From: Bacillota bacterium
Lineage (GTDB): Bacteria > Bacillota > Clostridia > Christensenellales > SZUA-584
DNA: 64,000 nucleotides
Direction of reading: 5' to 3'
Assembly (NCBI GenBank): GCA_023410475.1
Contig: JAEYPS010000010.1
Span: 4,054 to 68,053 of the forward strand
Shown: positions 38,790 through 47,888 of the stretch, one piece after another
Layout of the letters: the number at the start of each line of letters is the position of its first letter
How positions within the stretch are numbered: position 1 is the stretch's first letter
Program-made: the position numbers and the translations under genes
Notes under the pieces: model-generated
Database searches by the model: none
Told to the model about the DNA's origin: nothing
Seen by the model: the letters and a program-made list of their open reading frames with translations, nothing else

Positions 38790-39281
38790 TTACGCTCTGC
38801 CCGTTCCGAGAAGAACGATGAGCATCGATATCAGCAGCGCGAACACCGCGTACGTCTCGACCATGATTGCCATCGTTATGGCCTTGCCCTGCTCTTCGGG
38901 GCGCTTGCCGAGGAGCGCGATACCGGCGACAGCCGTATGCCCCTGATGTATGGCGGACGTAAGCCCGACGAGCCCTATCGGCAGTCCTGCGGCAAAGTAT
39001 ATCCAGCCCTGAGCCGCTGATATCATCGGGTCTCCGCCGACGACGCCGTTGTTGAGCAGTATAAGGAACGCGACGAGGAGCCCGTAGATGCCCTGCGTGC
39101 CCGGCAGCAGCTGTAATACCAGCGCCGCGCCGAATTTATCAGGATCTTCCGCGACGAGGCCCGCGGCCGCCTGGCCCGAGAGGCTTATGCCCTTCGCGGA
39201 GCCTACGCCCGCGAGGCCGACCGCTATAGCGGCGCCGAACGTCGAGATGATCATACCAAAGTGCTGACCAAAAAATTCCAT
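38790..39281 (-). CDS. ntpK: V-type ATPase proteolipid subunit K (4-TM c subunit)
   Basis: LQLLPGTQGIYG and MVETYA motifs. The 163-aa double hairpin closely resembles Enterococcus hirae NtpK. Confidence 0.9.
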   Translation of the reverse strand: MEFFGQHFGMIISTFGAAIAVGLAGVGSAKGISLSGQAAAGLVAEDPDKFGAALVLQLLPGTQGIYGLLVAFLILLNNGVVGGDPMISAAQGWIYFAAGLPIGLVGLTSAIHQGHTAVAGIALLGKRPEEQGKAITMAIMVETYAVFALLISMLIVLLGTGRA

Positions 39282-39360
39282 AAAATGTTTACCCTCCTGT
39301 ATAGAAATAAACTTTATTGCTTTGTTTAATGTTATATAAACCGCGCCCCGGCGGCTTTCT

Positions 39361-41274
39361 TTATTCCTCCATCAAGCGGTGGTTTTTTGCCCGCACGGCG
39401 AGAGGCATGAACGTACGGCCTCCGCCCTCGTAGAACTTGTTGAAAAACTCTATATACTGCAGCCTCGCGGTATGCACGAACGCTCCCAAAACGTTTATTG
39501 CTATGTTGAACGTATGCCCTACCGTCAGAACCACGATGGCGAAGATGTATCCGAACCAATGCCCCATAAGCATACCGCCTATGGTGTTGAACACCTGCGC
39601 TATGACAGTCGTCGCGAGCCCCATTCCGAATATACGGCAGTAGGACAGTATGTCGCTTATATATCCCGTTACGCCGTAGATGCTTGCTAGCCCGCCCGTT
39701 ATCTTTTTTATTACGCCCTTCTTGTGGCGGCCTTGCGTCAGCAGCAGTATAACTAAGCCGCCGATCAGCGCATAAAACCCGATGCTGCCCAAATCGCCGC
39801 CGAGCAGCAGCATTATTCCGCCCGCTATGACCATTATCCACGAGAACCTGTCGAATATAGCGCCCAGTATGTCGCCGCGCTTTATGTCCTTGTACATTCC
39901 GAAGATTATGCCCGCGAATATGTGCAGTATGCCCATGCCTATGCAGAGCACGAGCAGTATTATTGGGTCGGTATTCGGGTTGACGAGCGCTATCAGCGAT
40001 ACGGATTCTATGCTGAAAACGGTGCCGAAGATTATGCCCCAGAATATCGTCGATATTCCGCATATCATGAGCACCGTGGTTATCATCTTGAACATGCCGG
40101 TTGGCTTTTTGAGCCTTAAAACCGCGAACGCGCCGACAGACAATAGAGCGCCGTACGCGGCGTCGCCTATCATCATTCCGAAAATGAGGAAATAGAAGAT
40201 GGATACGAGGATGTTTGGGTCTACGCCCTTCGACGATGGTACCGCGTACATATTAGTAACGGCCTCGAACGGCTTAACTACACTCGGGTTTTCCACCGCC
40301 GTCGGCGGTATCTCGTCCTTTTCGGGGTCGCGGAAGGATATGTATGACTCAGGTGCGGACTCGAGCAGCGTTTTTTCGACATTGCCGACTGTATCGGCGA
40401 TTACCCAGCCCTCGAGCATGAACGCAGAGCCCGTCTCGCCGAGCTTTAATATGCTGCGCTCGCGCTCTATTTCGTTGACAAGATAGTCCTCGAGCGCGCA
40501 GAGCAGCTCCCTGTCGTCCGCGAAGCGCCTCGCCTTTTGCTCGTACTCGTCCGTTTCCTTCTCTAGAGCTTCGCACTCGCTCTTAAGGTCGAACACTATG
40601 TCACTGGGCACGCCGTACATTTCTTTGGTGAACGCATCTGAAAAGCCTATATATTTCAGCTCGCCGATGAGTTTTTCATGCACGCTCTTGTGCATAAGAA
40701 CGAATATGAAAAGCCCCTCTCGGCTCTCGCTGAGTGTTTCGAAATACGCGGTGTCACTGTAACGCTCCTCTATCTCGCAGTACGCCTTTATATTGTCTGC
40801 GGGCACGGAGCCTAACAACGCCTCGGTGTAAATGTTCTCGTCCACATACTCTAGCGGCGCGTCAAATTTAAGGTAGGGCTCAAGCTGCGATATCCGCGTC
40901 CCGAGGCGCTGCCTTCTTGTTTTGAGCGAATTCATATCGTCAGAGAATTGCTTTATCTTTGATATTGCCTTATCGGCCTCTTCAAGCTTCTCGCTCATGC
41001 CGTGAAGCCCGGACATCGTTATCGGGGGTTTGGGAGTAAGAAAACCTGGTTTGTTCTCGTCGTATTTGCGTATTATCTCGAGCGCTTCGCGCACTGTTGA
41101 CAGCTTTGCCTCGAGCCCGCTCAAAGACTGGGGCTCGGCGGACGGCTTTAAGTCGTGAGCCTGCTTTAAAACCGATATCTCGACAGCGCCAAGCTTCTGC
41201 AGCGTTTTTAATATGCTGTCTTTGCTCCCAGCGTGCGCTATAAGCGAAAGCTTTTTCATCTTAAGGAGCGCCAT
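39361..41274 (-). CDS. ntpI: V-type ATPase subunit I (a)
   Basis: 637 aa with a soluble N-terminal half and a C-terminal multi-TM stator. Confidence 0.9.
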   Translation of the reverse strand: MALLKMKKLSLIAHAGSKDSILKTLQKLGAVEISVLKQAHDLKPSAEPQSLSGLEAKLSTVREALEIIRKYDENKPGFLTPKPPITMSGLHGMSEKLEEADKAISKIKQFSDDMNSLKTRRQRLGTRISQLEPYLKFDAPLEYVDENIYTEALLGSVPADNIKAYCEIEERYSDTAYFETLSESREGLFIFVLMHKSVHEKLIGELKYIGFSDAFTKEMYGVPSDIVFDLKSECEALEKETDEYEQKARRFADDRELLCALEDYLVNEIERERSILKLGETGSAFMLEGWVIADTVGNVEKTLLESAPESYISFRDPEKDEIPPTAVENPSVVKPFEAVTNMYAVPSSKGVDPNILVSIFYFLIFGMMIGDAAYGALLSVGAFAVLRLKKPTGMFKMITTVLMICGISTIFWGIIFGTVFSIESVSLIALVNPNTDPIILLVLCIGMGILHIFAGIIFGMYKDIKRGDILGAIFDRFSWIMVIAGGIMLLLGGDLGSIGFYALIGGLVILLLTQGRHKKGVIKKITGGLASIYGVTGYISDILSYCRIFGMGLATTVIAQVFNTIGGMLMGHWFGYIFAIVVLTVGHTFNIAINVLGAFVHTARLQYIEFFNKFYEGGGRTFMPLAVRAKNHRLMEE

Positions 41275-41586
41275 CTATTTAAGTATCCTCTCTATGCAAG
41301 CATCTGCGGCGCGGCCCAGATTGCTTTGGGCGCTGCGCTTTAACTCTTCGCGCTCCGAGCGGCGCCTCTCGCCTAAGGCTTCGAGCTCAGCTTTTGCCGC
41401 GGCCTCGGCAGCTTCTATCGCCCGAGCGGCGTTTTCGCGGACGGCGGCGACTTCTTTCTGCGTTATCTCGCAGTTTTCCTCGGCGGCGAGTTTTAAAGAA
41501 TCCTTCGCCGCGACTGTCGCTACGCGCCTTGTCTCGAGAGCCTTTTGTTCTGCCGCCTTTATCTCGTTAATTACATCCAATGCCAT
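41275..41586 (-). CDS. V-type ATPase small stalk subunit (G/H-like)
   Basis: 103-aa Ala/Glu-rich coiled coil; first gene of the operon, abutting subunit I. Confidence 0.6.
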   Translation of the reverse strand: MALDVINEIKAAEQKALETRRVATVAAKDSLKLAAEENCEITQKEVAAVRENAARAIEAAEAAAKAELEALGERRRSEREELKRSAQSNLGRAADACIERILK

Positions 41587-41674
41587 ATGTACCCCTTAAA
41601 CGCATATCGTCTGGCGTTAACTGCGTTTTATATGCAGTTTAATATATAAACCTGTTTTTGCCACTCAAAACAGC

Positions 41675-42304
41675 CTATTTGGTGCCGAACAGCCTGTCTC
41701 CGGCGTCGCCGAGACCCGGCACTATATAGCCGTGGTCGTTGAGGTACTTGTCCACCGCGCACACGAATATGTCAACATCGCCGTGCGCTTTTTGCACCGC
41801 GTCTATTCCCTCGGGCGCGGCTATAAGGCAGACGAGCTTTATGTTCTTTACGCCCTTTTCCTTCAAGAGCTGTATCGCTCCGTTCGCGCTTCCTCCCGTC
41901 GCCAGCATCGGGTCTACTATTATTAGATCGCGCTCAGACGCGTCGGATGGCAGCTTGCAGTAGTATTCCACGGGCTGAAGGCTGTCCGGGTCGCGGTAGA
42001 GCCCAATATGGCCGACCTTCGCCGCAGGGACGAGGTTGAGCATTCCGTTTACCATACCGAGCCCCGCCCGAAGGATGGGAACTATGCCTATAGTGCGGCC
42101 GGATATCACCTTTGTCTTCGCCTTGGCCACGGGGGTCTCTATCTCGACCTCTTTGAGCGGAAGGTCTCGCGTTACCTCGTAGGCCATAAGCATAGCTATC
42201 TCTTCCACAAGGTCGCGAAAATCTCTGATGCCCGTCTTCTTATCCCTGATAAGCGATATTTTGTGCTGTATCAAAGGATGGTCCAATACTACAAGTTTAC
42301 CCAT
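41675..42304 (-). CDS. upp: Uracil phosphoribosyltransferase
   Basis: 209 aa; [12 protein letters not shown]..., PRPP motif [12 protein letters not shown]. Confidence 0.95.
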   Translation of the reverse strand: MGKLVVLDHPLIQHKISLIRDKKTGIRDFRDLVEEIAMLMAYEVTRDLPLKEVEIETPVAKAKTKVISGRTIGIVPILRAGLGMVNGMLNLVPAAKVGHIGLYRDPDSLQPVEYYCKLPSDASERDLIIVDPMLATGGSANGAIQLLKEKGVKNIKLVCLIAAPEGIDAVQKAHGDVDIFVCAVDKYLNDHGYIVPGLGDAGDRLFGTK

Positions 42305-42340
42305 TTCATACCTCGTAAAGTTATATTTTTGTGAAAATTC

Positions 42341-42784
42341 TCAGCGATTTTCCAGTTCCATTATTTTTCCCACTCTTTTCGAATGGCGTTCTTCATTAGA
42401 AAAGGGCGTAGCGAGAAACGCGTCCACTATCTCGAGCGCGTGCCCCGGCCCCGTCACCCTTCCGCCCAGTGCCATAACGTTGGCGTTGTTGTGCAGCCTT
42501 GATGCCTTCGCGGAAAACACGTCGCCAAGCAGCGCGCACCTTATACCGTTTATTTTATTTGCAGATATCGAAATTCCTATTCCCGTTCCGCAAACGAGTA
42601 TGCCAAGATCCGCTTCACCCGAAAGCACGGCTTCGCATACCGGAACGGCGAAGTCGGGGTAGTCGCTGGGCGCGCACGAAGTTGCGCCCTTATCCAAAAC
42701 CTCTATCCGCTTATCTCCAAGATGCTCCATAACAAGGCGTTTTAGCTCGTATCCGCCGTGGTCGCTGCCGACAGCAATTTTCAT
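42341..42784 (-). CDS. rpiB: Ribose-5-phosphate isomerase B
   Basis: MKIAVGSDHGGYELK, CGTGIGISISANK. Confidence 0.95.
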   Translation of the reverse strand: MKIAVGSDHGGYELKRLVMEHLGDKRIEVLDKGATSCAPSDYPDFAVPVCEAVLSGEADLGILVCGTGIGISISANKINGIRCALLGDVFSAKASRLHNNANVMALGGRVTGPGHALEIVDAFLATPFSNEERHSKRVGKIMELENR

Positions 42785-42982
42785 AAAGCGCTTCCTCTCC
42801 AGACGTTTACATATTTGAAAAAAATATCATGTATTTTTTAACGAATTGGTATATGTTCATTGCGTCTTATGTTTTTTCAATTCAGCATATCAAAGTTGAG
42901 TCAAAAAATCAACCGAAGAGAGCAAGTCTTAAACGCTCTGCATGCAATCATTAATACACAAAAACCGTCGGCGCAAATTCGG

Positions 42983-43011
42983 TTTGATAAGATATAAGCG
43001 TTGATGTATAA
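42983..43011 (+). promoter_or_regulatory. SigmaA-type promoter of the amino-acid-kinase gene
   Basis: TTGATA, 17 nt, TATAAT. It overlaps the first in-frame ATG of the ORF track, so the real start is 43037. Confidence 0.6.
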
Positions 43012-43036
43012 TATACAAAAAATATATGGAGAGCAT

Positions 43037-43861
43037 ATGGACAGCGTTTACGACATCGTCGTCAAGATAGGCTCGATGGCGCTCGTACGCCACGCGGACG
43101 GCGATATTGACTACAATATATTTTCAAGGCTCGGTAATTCACTTCGCCCCGGCATGCTGCTTGTCAGCTCGGGCGCTACCGAGATAGGCCGCATCGACTA
43201 TATAAAAAGGAACGGGTGCGAGCTTTCGGGCGACGTTGAGGACGTAAAGACGGATTATTCCTCGCAGGGGCAGAGCATACTTATGCAGAACTACCGCCAG
43301 TTCATAAGCCCGGCGTACTCAGTGCGCCAGGTGCTCGTCGAGCACAGCCACTTTAACGACATCGAGAAGAGAGAGCATATATTAAAGCTGTTGCTGCGCG
43401 CGCCCGAGCAGAACGCGATACCGATAATAAACTACAACGACCCGGTATCCAGCGAAGAAAACCGCAAGATGGAGCTTAAAAAGATAGGCAACGGGCGCGA
43501 GGTGGTGGAGTGCGTAGACAACGACGAGACGGCGGCTATAATCGCGACGCTCGTCAATGCAAAGTCGCTCGTCATTTTAACGTCAGTCAACGGCATATAC
43601 CGCGACCCGGGCGACCCCTCGACGCTGATACGCGAGATATGCGGCGGGAGCCCTGAGGAGCTCGATGAAAACGCCGCCGAAATAATGGAGTGCTGCAAAG
43701 GCGCCTCGAGGGCGGGCGCGGCCGGCGCCGGCGCGAAGATAAAGTATTCTCTCATACCGGCCAAGGCGGGCACGCACGTCTATATATCGAGCGCCGTAAA
43801 CAAGGTTGAGGACATAGTATCGGGCAAAGCGGACTCGACGCATATATACCTTAAAAACTAA
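43037..43861 (+). CDS. Amino-acid kinase family protein (glutamate-5-kinase-like)
   Basis: VVKIGSMALV N-terminal motif, VSSGATEIG, VDNDETAAIIA. RBS GGAGAG. Confidence 0.6.
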   Translation: MDSVYDIVVKIGSMALVRHADGDIDYNIFSRLGNSLRPGMLLVSSGATEIGRIDYIKRNGCELSGDVEDVKTDYSSQGQSILMQNYRQFISPAYSVRQVLVEHSHFNDIEKREHILKLLLRAPEQNAIPIINYNDPVSSEENRKMELKKIGNGREVVECVDNDETAAIIATLVNAKSLVILTSVNGIYRDPGDPSTLIREICGGSPEELDENAAEIMECCKGASRAGAAGAGAKIKYSLIPAKAGTHVYISSAVNKVEDIVSGKADSTHIYLKN

Positions 43862-43896
43862 AAGATTTGGCTGTATAAATGTTAGAGGGCGGGGAT

Positions 43897-44748
43897 TCAG
43901 CTGTCCTCGCTCTCTGTAAGCCATTCTTTTTTAGAATTGGGCGTGTTGTTCATTTTGATGAGAGTTTCATAAGCTTCCACATCTCTATCTTTTATTGATT
44001 TACCGAAGCGCTCTAGCTTTAGATAAGGATAATCTATAATGTCATATTCTTTGCCGTCCATAACTACTTTTTTAATTCTGTTTGAGCTTGACCAAATCCA
44101 AGAAAATAGCATTCTTATTTCGCCCGGAGTCAAATCCTCTGCAAAGAACACGTCTTCCATTTTTATTCTGTTTTCATCTGTCGGACTTTCATAAAACGCG
44201 TTTATGATTTCTATTCCGTTTATAAATCTTTCCCTTTTTTCTTCTGTATCAAGCAAAGTGATATGCACTATCCCCAGCAAAGAATCATCATGTAAATAAG
44301 TATTGAATACCGTAGCCAATGCTTCAGGATACATCTTCTCAAGTTTCCCATTTATTATATTTAACTGCTCTTCATATGTTTTTCTGAAGAAATGCCAGGT
44401 CATATCATCTGAAAAAGTACCAAACGAGCCATTCAAACCATCGAGCATATCCGGCGTAATCTTACCTTCATCAAGCATATCTTTTATGAACAGCAAGGCA
44501 TATTCATCCCCATAAGTTTGATAGTACATCTTGTACTTATCGTATTCCTCCATGTTTTTCGCCGCTTCGATCTCCTCCGGCGACAATGTCGGCTCGGGCG
44601 TAGGTGTAGGCTTCGGTGTAGGGGAAGGTGTTGGCTCGGGTGTCGATACTGGTGTCGACGCTGGTGTTTGTTCCGCTGGAGCGGCGGTGCATGCGCATAG
44701 CGACAATATCATTGCGGTACATAACAATATACATAAAGTCTTCTTCAT
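43897..44748 (-). CDS. Paralogous lipoprotein 1 (Pro/Thr-rich linker), unknown function
   Basis: Lipobox LSLCAC, linker TPASTPVSTPEPTPSPTPKPTPTPEPT, conserved tail NNTPNSKKEWLTESEDS. Confidence 0.75.
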   Translation of the reverse strand: MKKTLCILLCTAMILSLCACTAAPAEQTPASTPVSTPEPTPSPTPKPTPTPEPTLSPEEIEAAKNMEEYDKYKMYYQTYGDEYALLFIKDMLDEGKITPDMLDGLNGSFGTFSDDMTWHFFRKTYEEQLNIINGKLEKMYPEALATVFNTYLHDDSLLGIVHITLLDTEEKRERFINGIEIINAFYESPTDENRIKMEDVFFAEDLTPGEIRMLFSWIWSSSNRIKKVVMDGKEYDIIDYPYLKLERFGKSIKDRDVEAYETLIKMNNTPNSKKEWLTESEDS

Positions 44749-44751
44749 GTG

Positions 44752-45600
44752 TCAGTTCTCCTCGCTCTCTGTCAGCCAGTCTTTTTTGGAATTGGGAGTG
44801 TTGTTTAGCTTAACAAGTTCTTCATAGGCTTCCATATGTCTGTACCCGAGTGATTTTCCGAATCTCTCTATATTCATAGAAAAATAATCACGCCTGTCAT
44901 AAGTATTACCATCTACCGTGACATTTTCCAAATAATTAGGATTAGTTAAAGCCCACATCATCAATACTTCTATCTCTCCAGCTGTCAATCCTTCTGAAAA
45001 AAACATATCTTCCATTTTTATTCTTGTTTCATCGGTTGGGGTTTTACACCATTCATTTATAATTTTTATTCCATTTTCTACTCGGTTTCTTTTCTCTTCG
45101 CTATCAAATACACTTATATATGTTTTCCCTTCCCAAGCCATGTTCTGTAGTTCTCCTAATGTGTTATCTACCGTTGATGGACTTAATGTCTCACTAGTTC
45201 CATTTAATATTCTACACCATTGGCCATAAACATCTTCAATGAATGCCCAATTTCCTGCATCATTTGAATCGATCAAATAAGAATCTACATCATAAAACAT
45301 ATCTTCTGAGATTTTTCCTTGGTCATACATTTTTTTGATAAGGAAAGCAGCATATTCATCGCCATAATTCTCGCTGTATGCTTTTAGCTTTTCATACTCC
45401 TCCATGTATTTCGCCGCTTCGATCTCCTCCGGCGATAATGTCGGCTCGGGTGTAGGCGTCGGCTCCGATGTTGGGGAAGGTGTTGGCTCGGGTGTCGATA
45501 CTGGTGTCGACGCTGGTGTTTGTTCCGCTGGTGCGGCGGTACATGCGCAAAAAGACAGAATCATTGCGGTACATAACAATAAACATAATATCTTCTTCAT
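44752..45600 (-). CDS. Paralogous lipoprotein 2
   Basis: Lipobox LSFCAC, same linker, tail NNTPNSKKDWLTESEEN. Separated by 3 nt from paralog 1. Confidence 0.75.
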   Translation of the reverse strand: MKKILCLLLCTAMILSFCACTAAPAEQTPASTPVSTPEPTPSPTSEPTPTPEPTLSPEEIEAAKYMEEYEKLKAYSENYGDEYAAFLIKKMYDQGKISEDMFYDVDSYLIDSNDAGNWAFIEDVYGQWCRILNGTSETLSPSTVDNTLGELQNMAWEGKTYISVFDSEEKRNRVENGIKIINEWCKTPTDETRIKMEDMFFSEGLTAGEIEVLMMWALTNPNYLENVTVDGNTYDRRDYFSMNIERFGKSLGYRHMEAYEELVKLNNTPNSKKDWLTESEEN

Positions 45601-45623
45601 GTGTCAGTTCTCCTCGCTTTCCG

Positions 45624-46475
45624 TCAGCCAGTCTTTTCAGAATTAGGGGTGTTGTTTAGTTCAATGAGGGTTTCATAGGCTTCAACGTATCGCTTACCCA
45701 TTGACACTCCATATTTTTCTATAACTTTACTGAGATAATCACTAAGACTATATTTTTTACCACCTACCCTTACTTCTTTGATTTGAACGACATCCGGGCT
45801 TGACGAAATCCAAGTAAATAGTAATAGTATTTCTCCAGGTGTTAATTCCTCTGAAAAAAACATATCCTCTATTTGCTCTCTGTTTTCATCAGTAGGACTT
45901 TGAAAAAAATCATTTATTATTTCTATGCCCGCTAATACTCGTTCTCTTTCTTCTGAATCAAACAGAGTTATAGGTATTTTCCCTTCAGAAGCATAATCCC
46001 ATAAACTATTTATTACAAAACTAAGTGCTTCAGAATACATTTTTTCCTGTTTACCATACAGAATTGATGACCGTTCTTCATAATCTAACCGAAATGTTTC
46101 CCATGTTAACTCATCTGCAGGGCCAGTTTCTACTGGATTCCCGTTTTTTATTATTATCATAGCTTCATTAAACATATCCTCTGTAATTTTCTCTTCATCC
46201 AGCATGTCCCTGATAAACAATAAAGCAAAATCGTCACCATATGTCCGATAGTACATCTTGTACTTTTCGTATTCTTCAATGTTTTTCGCCTGCTCGATCT
46301 CCTCCGGCGATAATGTCGGCTCCGGCGTAGGCGTCGGCTCAAGTGTAGGGGAAGGTGTTGGCTCGGATGTCGATACCGGTGTCGGCGCTGGTGTTTGTTC
46401 CGCTGGAGCGGCGGTGCATGCGGTGAAGCTGAATATCAGTAAAACCGCCAACAGTGTTATACAATACTTTTTCAT
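45624..46475 (-). CDS. Paralogous lipoprotein 3 (C-terminal tail lost by a 1-nt frameshift)
   Basis: Lipobox FSFTAC, same linker. Ends NNTPNSEKTG*, but the ancestral tail DWLTESEEN* is still readable in the -1 frame down to 45604. Confidence 0.7.
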   Translation of the reverse strand: MKKYCITLLAVLLIFSFTACTAAPAEQTPAPTPVSTSEPTPSPTLEPTPTPEPTLSPEEIEQAKNIEEYEKYKMYYRTYGDDFALLFIRDMLDEEKITEDMFNEAMIIIKNGNPVETGPADELTWETFRLDYEERSSILYGKQEKMYSEALSFVINSLWDYASEGKIPITLFDSEERERVLAGIEIINDFFQSPTDENREQIEDMFFSEELTPGEILLLFTWISSSPDVVQIKEVRVGGKKYSLSDYLSKVIEKYGVSMGKRYVEAYETLIELNNTPNSEKTG

Positions 46476-46640
46476 ATTTATGCCCTCCGTTTTTGCTGGT
46501 TTTAATGGTAACTAATGCTATGCCTATAATGTTACCATTCATATCCATAGTCTTCAACCTTAAATATCCTCCCGCAACAATAACGGTAAGCCATGTTGCT
46601 TACTTGTTCTCATATCGTCCGCGTGATAAAATACGCGTAT

Positions 46641-47876
46641 ATGGAATATAAAGCAAGGCTTACATACCATGTTTTCATAGCGGCGGCGATACTCATCGCC
46701 GCGTATATATTCGCGTATTCCGCTATCGGGCAGGATGTGTTTTCGCACAGCGATTACGATTCGTACACGCGGCAGGCGGCGGCGTGGTGGCACGGCAGCG
46801 CACAGCTTCCCCCGCCCTATGAGACGGACGCGGCGCTAAAGGAGTTCAGGGCGGAGACTTGGCTTGAGATAGCGGAGTATAACGGGAAGCACTTTGTCAG
46901 CTTCCCGCCGTTTCCGAGCGTAGTCCAGTTCATGCTGTATCCCATGTTCGGAATGGGTGTTCCCGACAATCTCGTCAATACGTTGTTCGGGCTGGGCAGC
47001 CTGATACTCATTTACTGCTTTTTGATACGCAGGGGGTTCGAGGGCTTTTCGGCCAGCGCGTTCGCGCTGCTCATGACGCTGGGGTCAAACCTCTTTTATA
47101 TCTCTGTTACCGGCTGGGTGTGGTTTTCGGCGCAGACGCAGAGCTTTTTCTTCTCTGCGCTCGCGGTGTACCTCATATACAGCAAAAATAAGGGCGCGTG
47201 GTATTTCTCGTTCCTCGCGCTCGGGATAGCCGTGGCGTGCAGGCCGTTCCAGCTTGTATACGCTCCGCTGATGCTGTATATACTCTATAAGAACATCGGC
47301 GGCGAAAAGGGATTTGTAAGAAACCTTTTAGCGTGCGTTAAATATGTTGTTCCGATGGCGGCTGTCGGGCTGCTGATAGCGGCGTACAACTACTCGCGAT
47401 TTGGCGATATATTCGAGTTCGGGCATAACTTTTTGCCCGAGTTCGCGCGCGAGGAGCAGTTTTCGTTTTCGTATGTGCCGGGCAATTTTCTCGAGGTGTT
47501 AAAGCTGCCCGAGATCAGGGGCGGTCGTTTCGAATGGCCTATGTTCAACGGGACGCTGTTCTTTCTCGTGAATCCGGTGTTTGTCGCGCTCGCGGTGAGC
47601 CTTGTAAGAAGGTTCGATATAAAGCAGGCGATATACCTGCTGTGCTTTTTGGCGCATTTTGTGCTGCTGCTGACGCACAGGACGATGGGCGGCTGGCAGT
47701 TCGGCAGCCGGTATCTTGTGGACCTGCTGCCGTTCATGCTTGTGGTGTTCGCGGACGACAGGAGCTACAAGACGTTCGGCGCGACAAAGGCGGCGGCGCT
47801 GCCCGCGGCGCTTGCCGTATTCGGGGCGGCGCTAAACATATGGGGCGCGCTCTGGTATTACGGGCAAAATATATGA
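46641..47876 (+). CDS. Polytopic membrane protein, GT-C-fold glycosyltransferase-like (ArnT/PMT-like)
   Basis: About 11 TMs. Acidic motif SHSDYDSY in the first external loop and an FPPFPS motif. Start is uncertain (46593 or 46641). Confidence 0.45.
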   Translation: MEYKARLTYHVFIAAAILIAAYIFAYSAIGQDVFSHSDYDSYTRQAAAWWHGSAQLPPPYETDAALKEFRAETWLEIAEYNGKHFVSFPPFPSVVQFMLYPMFGMGVPDNLVNTLFGLGSLILIYCFLIRRGFEGFSASAFALLMTLGSNLFYISVTGWVWFSAQTQSFFFSALAVYLIYSKNKGAWYFSFLALGIAVACRPFQLVYAPLMLYILYKNIGGEKGFVRNLLACVKYVVPMAAVGLLIAAYNYSRFGDIFEFGHNFLPEFAREEQFSFSYVPGNFLEVLKLPEIRGGRFEWPMFNGTLFFLVNPVFVALAVSLVRRFDIKQAIYLLCFLAHFVLLLTHRTMGGWQFGSRYLVDLLPFMLVVFADDRSYKTFGATKAAALPAALAVFGAALNIWGALWYYGQNI

Positions 47877-47888
47877 CGGGACTAAGCT

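Larger units (their letters stand above)
43897..46475 (-). repeat. Tandem triplication (about 0.85-kb unit) of a lipoprotein gene
   Basis: The three units share near-identical 5' (about 190 nt) and 3' ends. The inter-unit joints are identical (CAT-GTG-TCA on the + strand at 44746-44754 and 45598-45606). Confidence 0.85.

Noticed and set aside
44560-44700. Repeated GGTGT/GGCTC-rich DNA (also at about 45410-45540 and 46270-46420) looked like a short-repeat array.
   Set aside because: It is the antisense of the Pro/Thr-rich linker codons of the three paralogous lipoprotein genes. It is not a CRISPR or satellite array.
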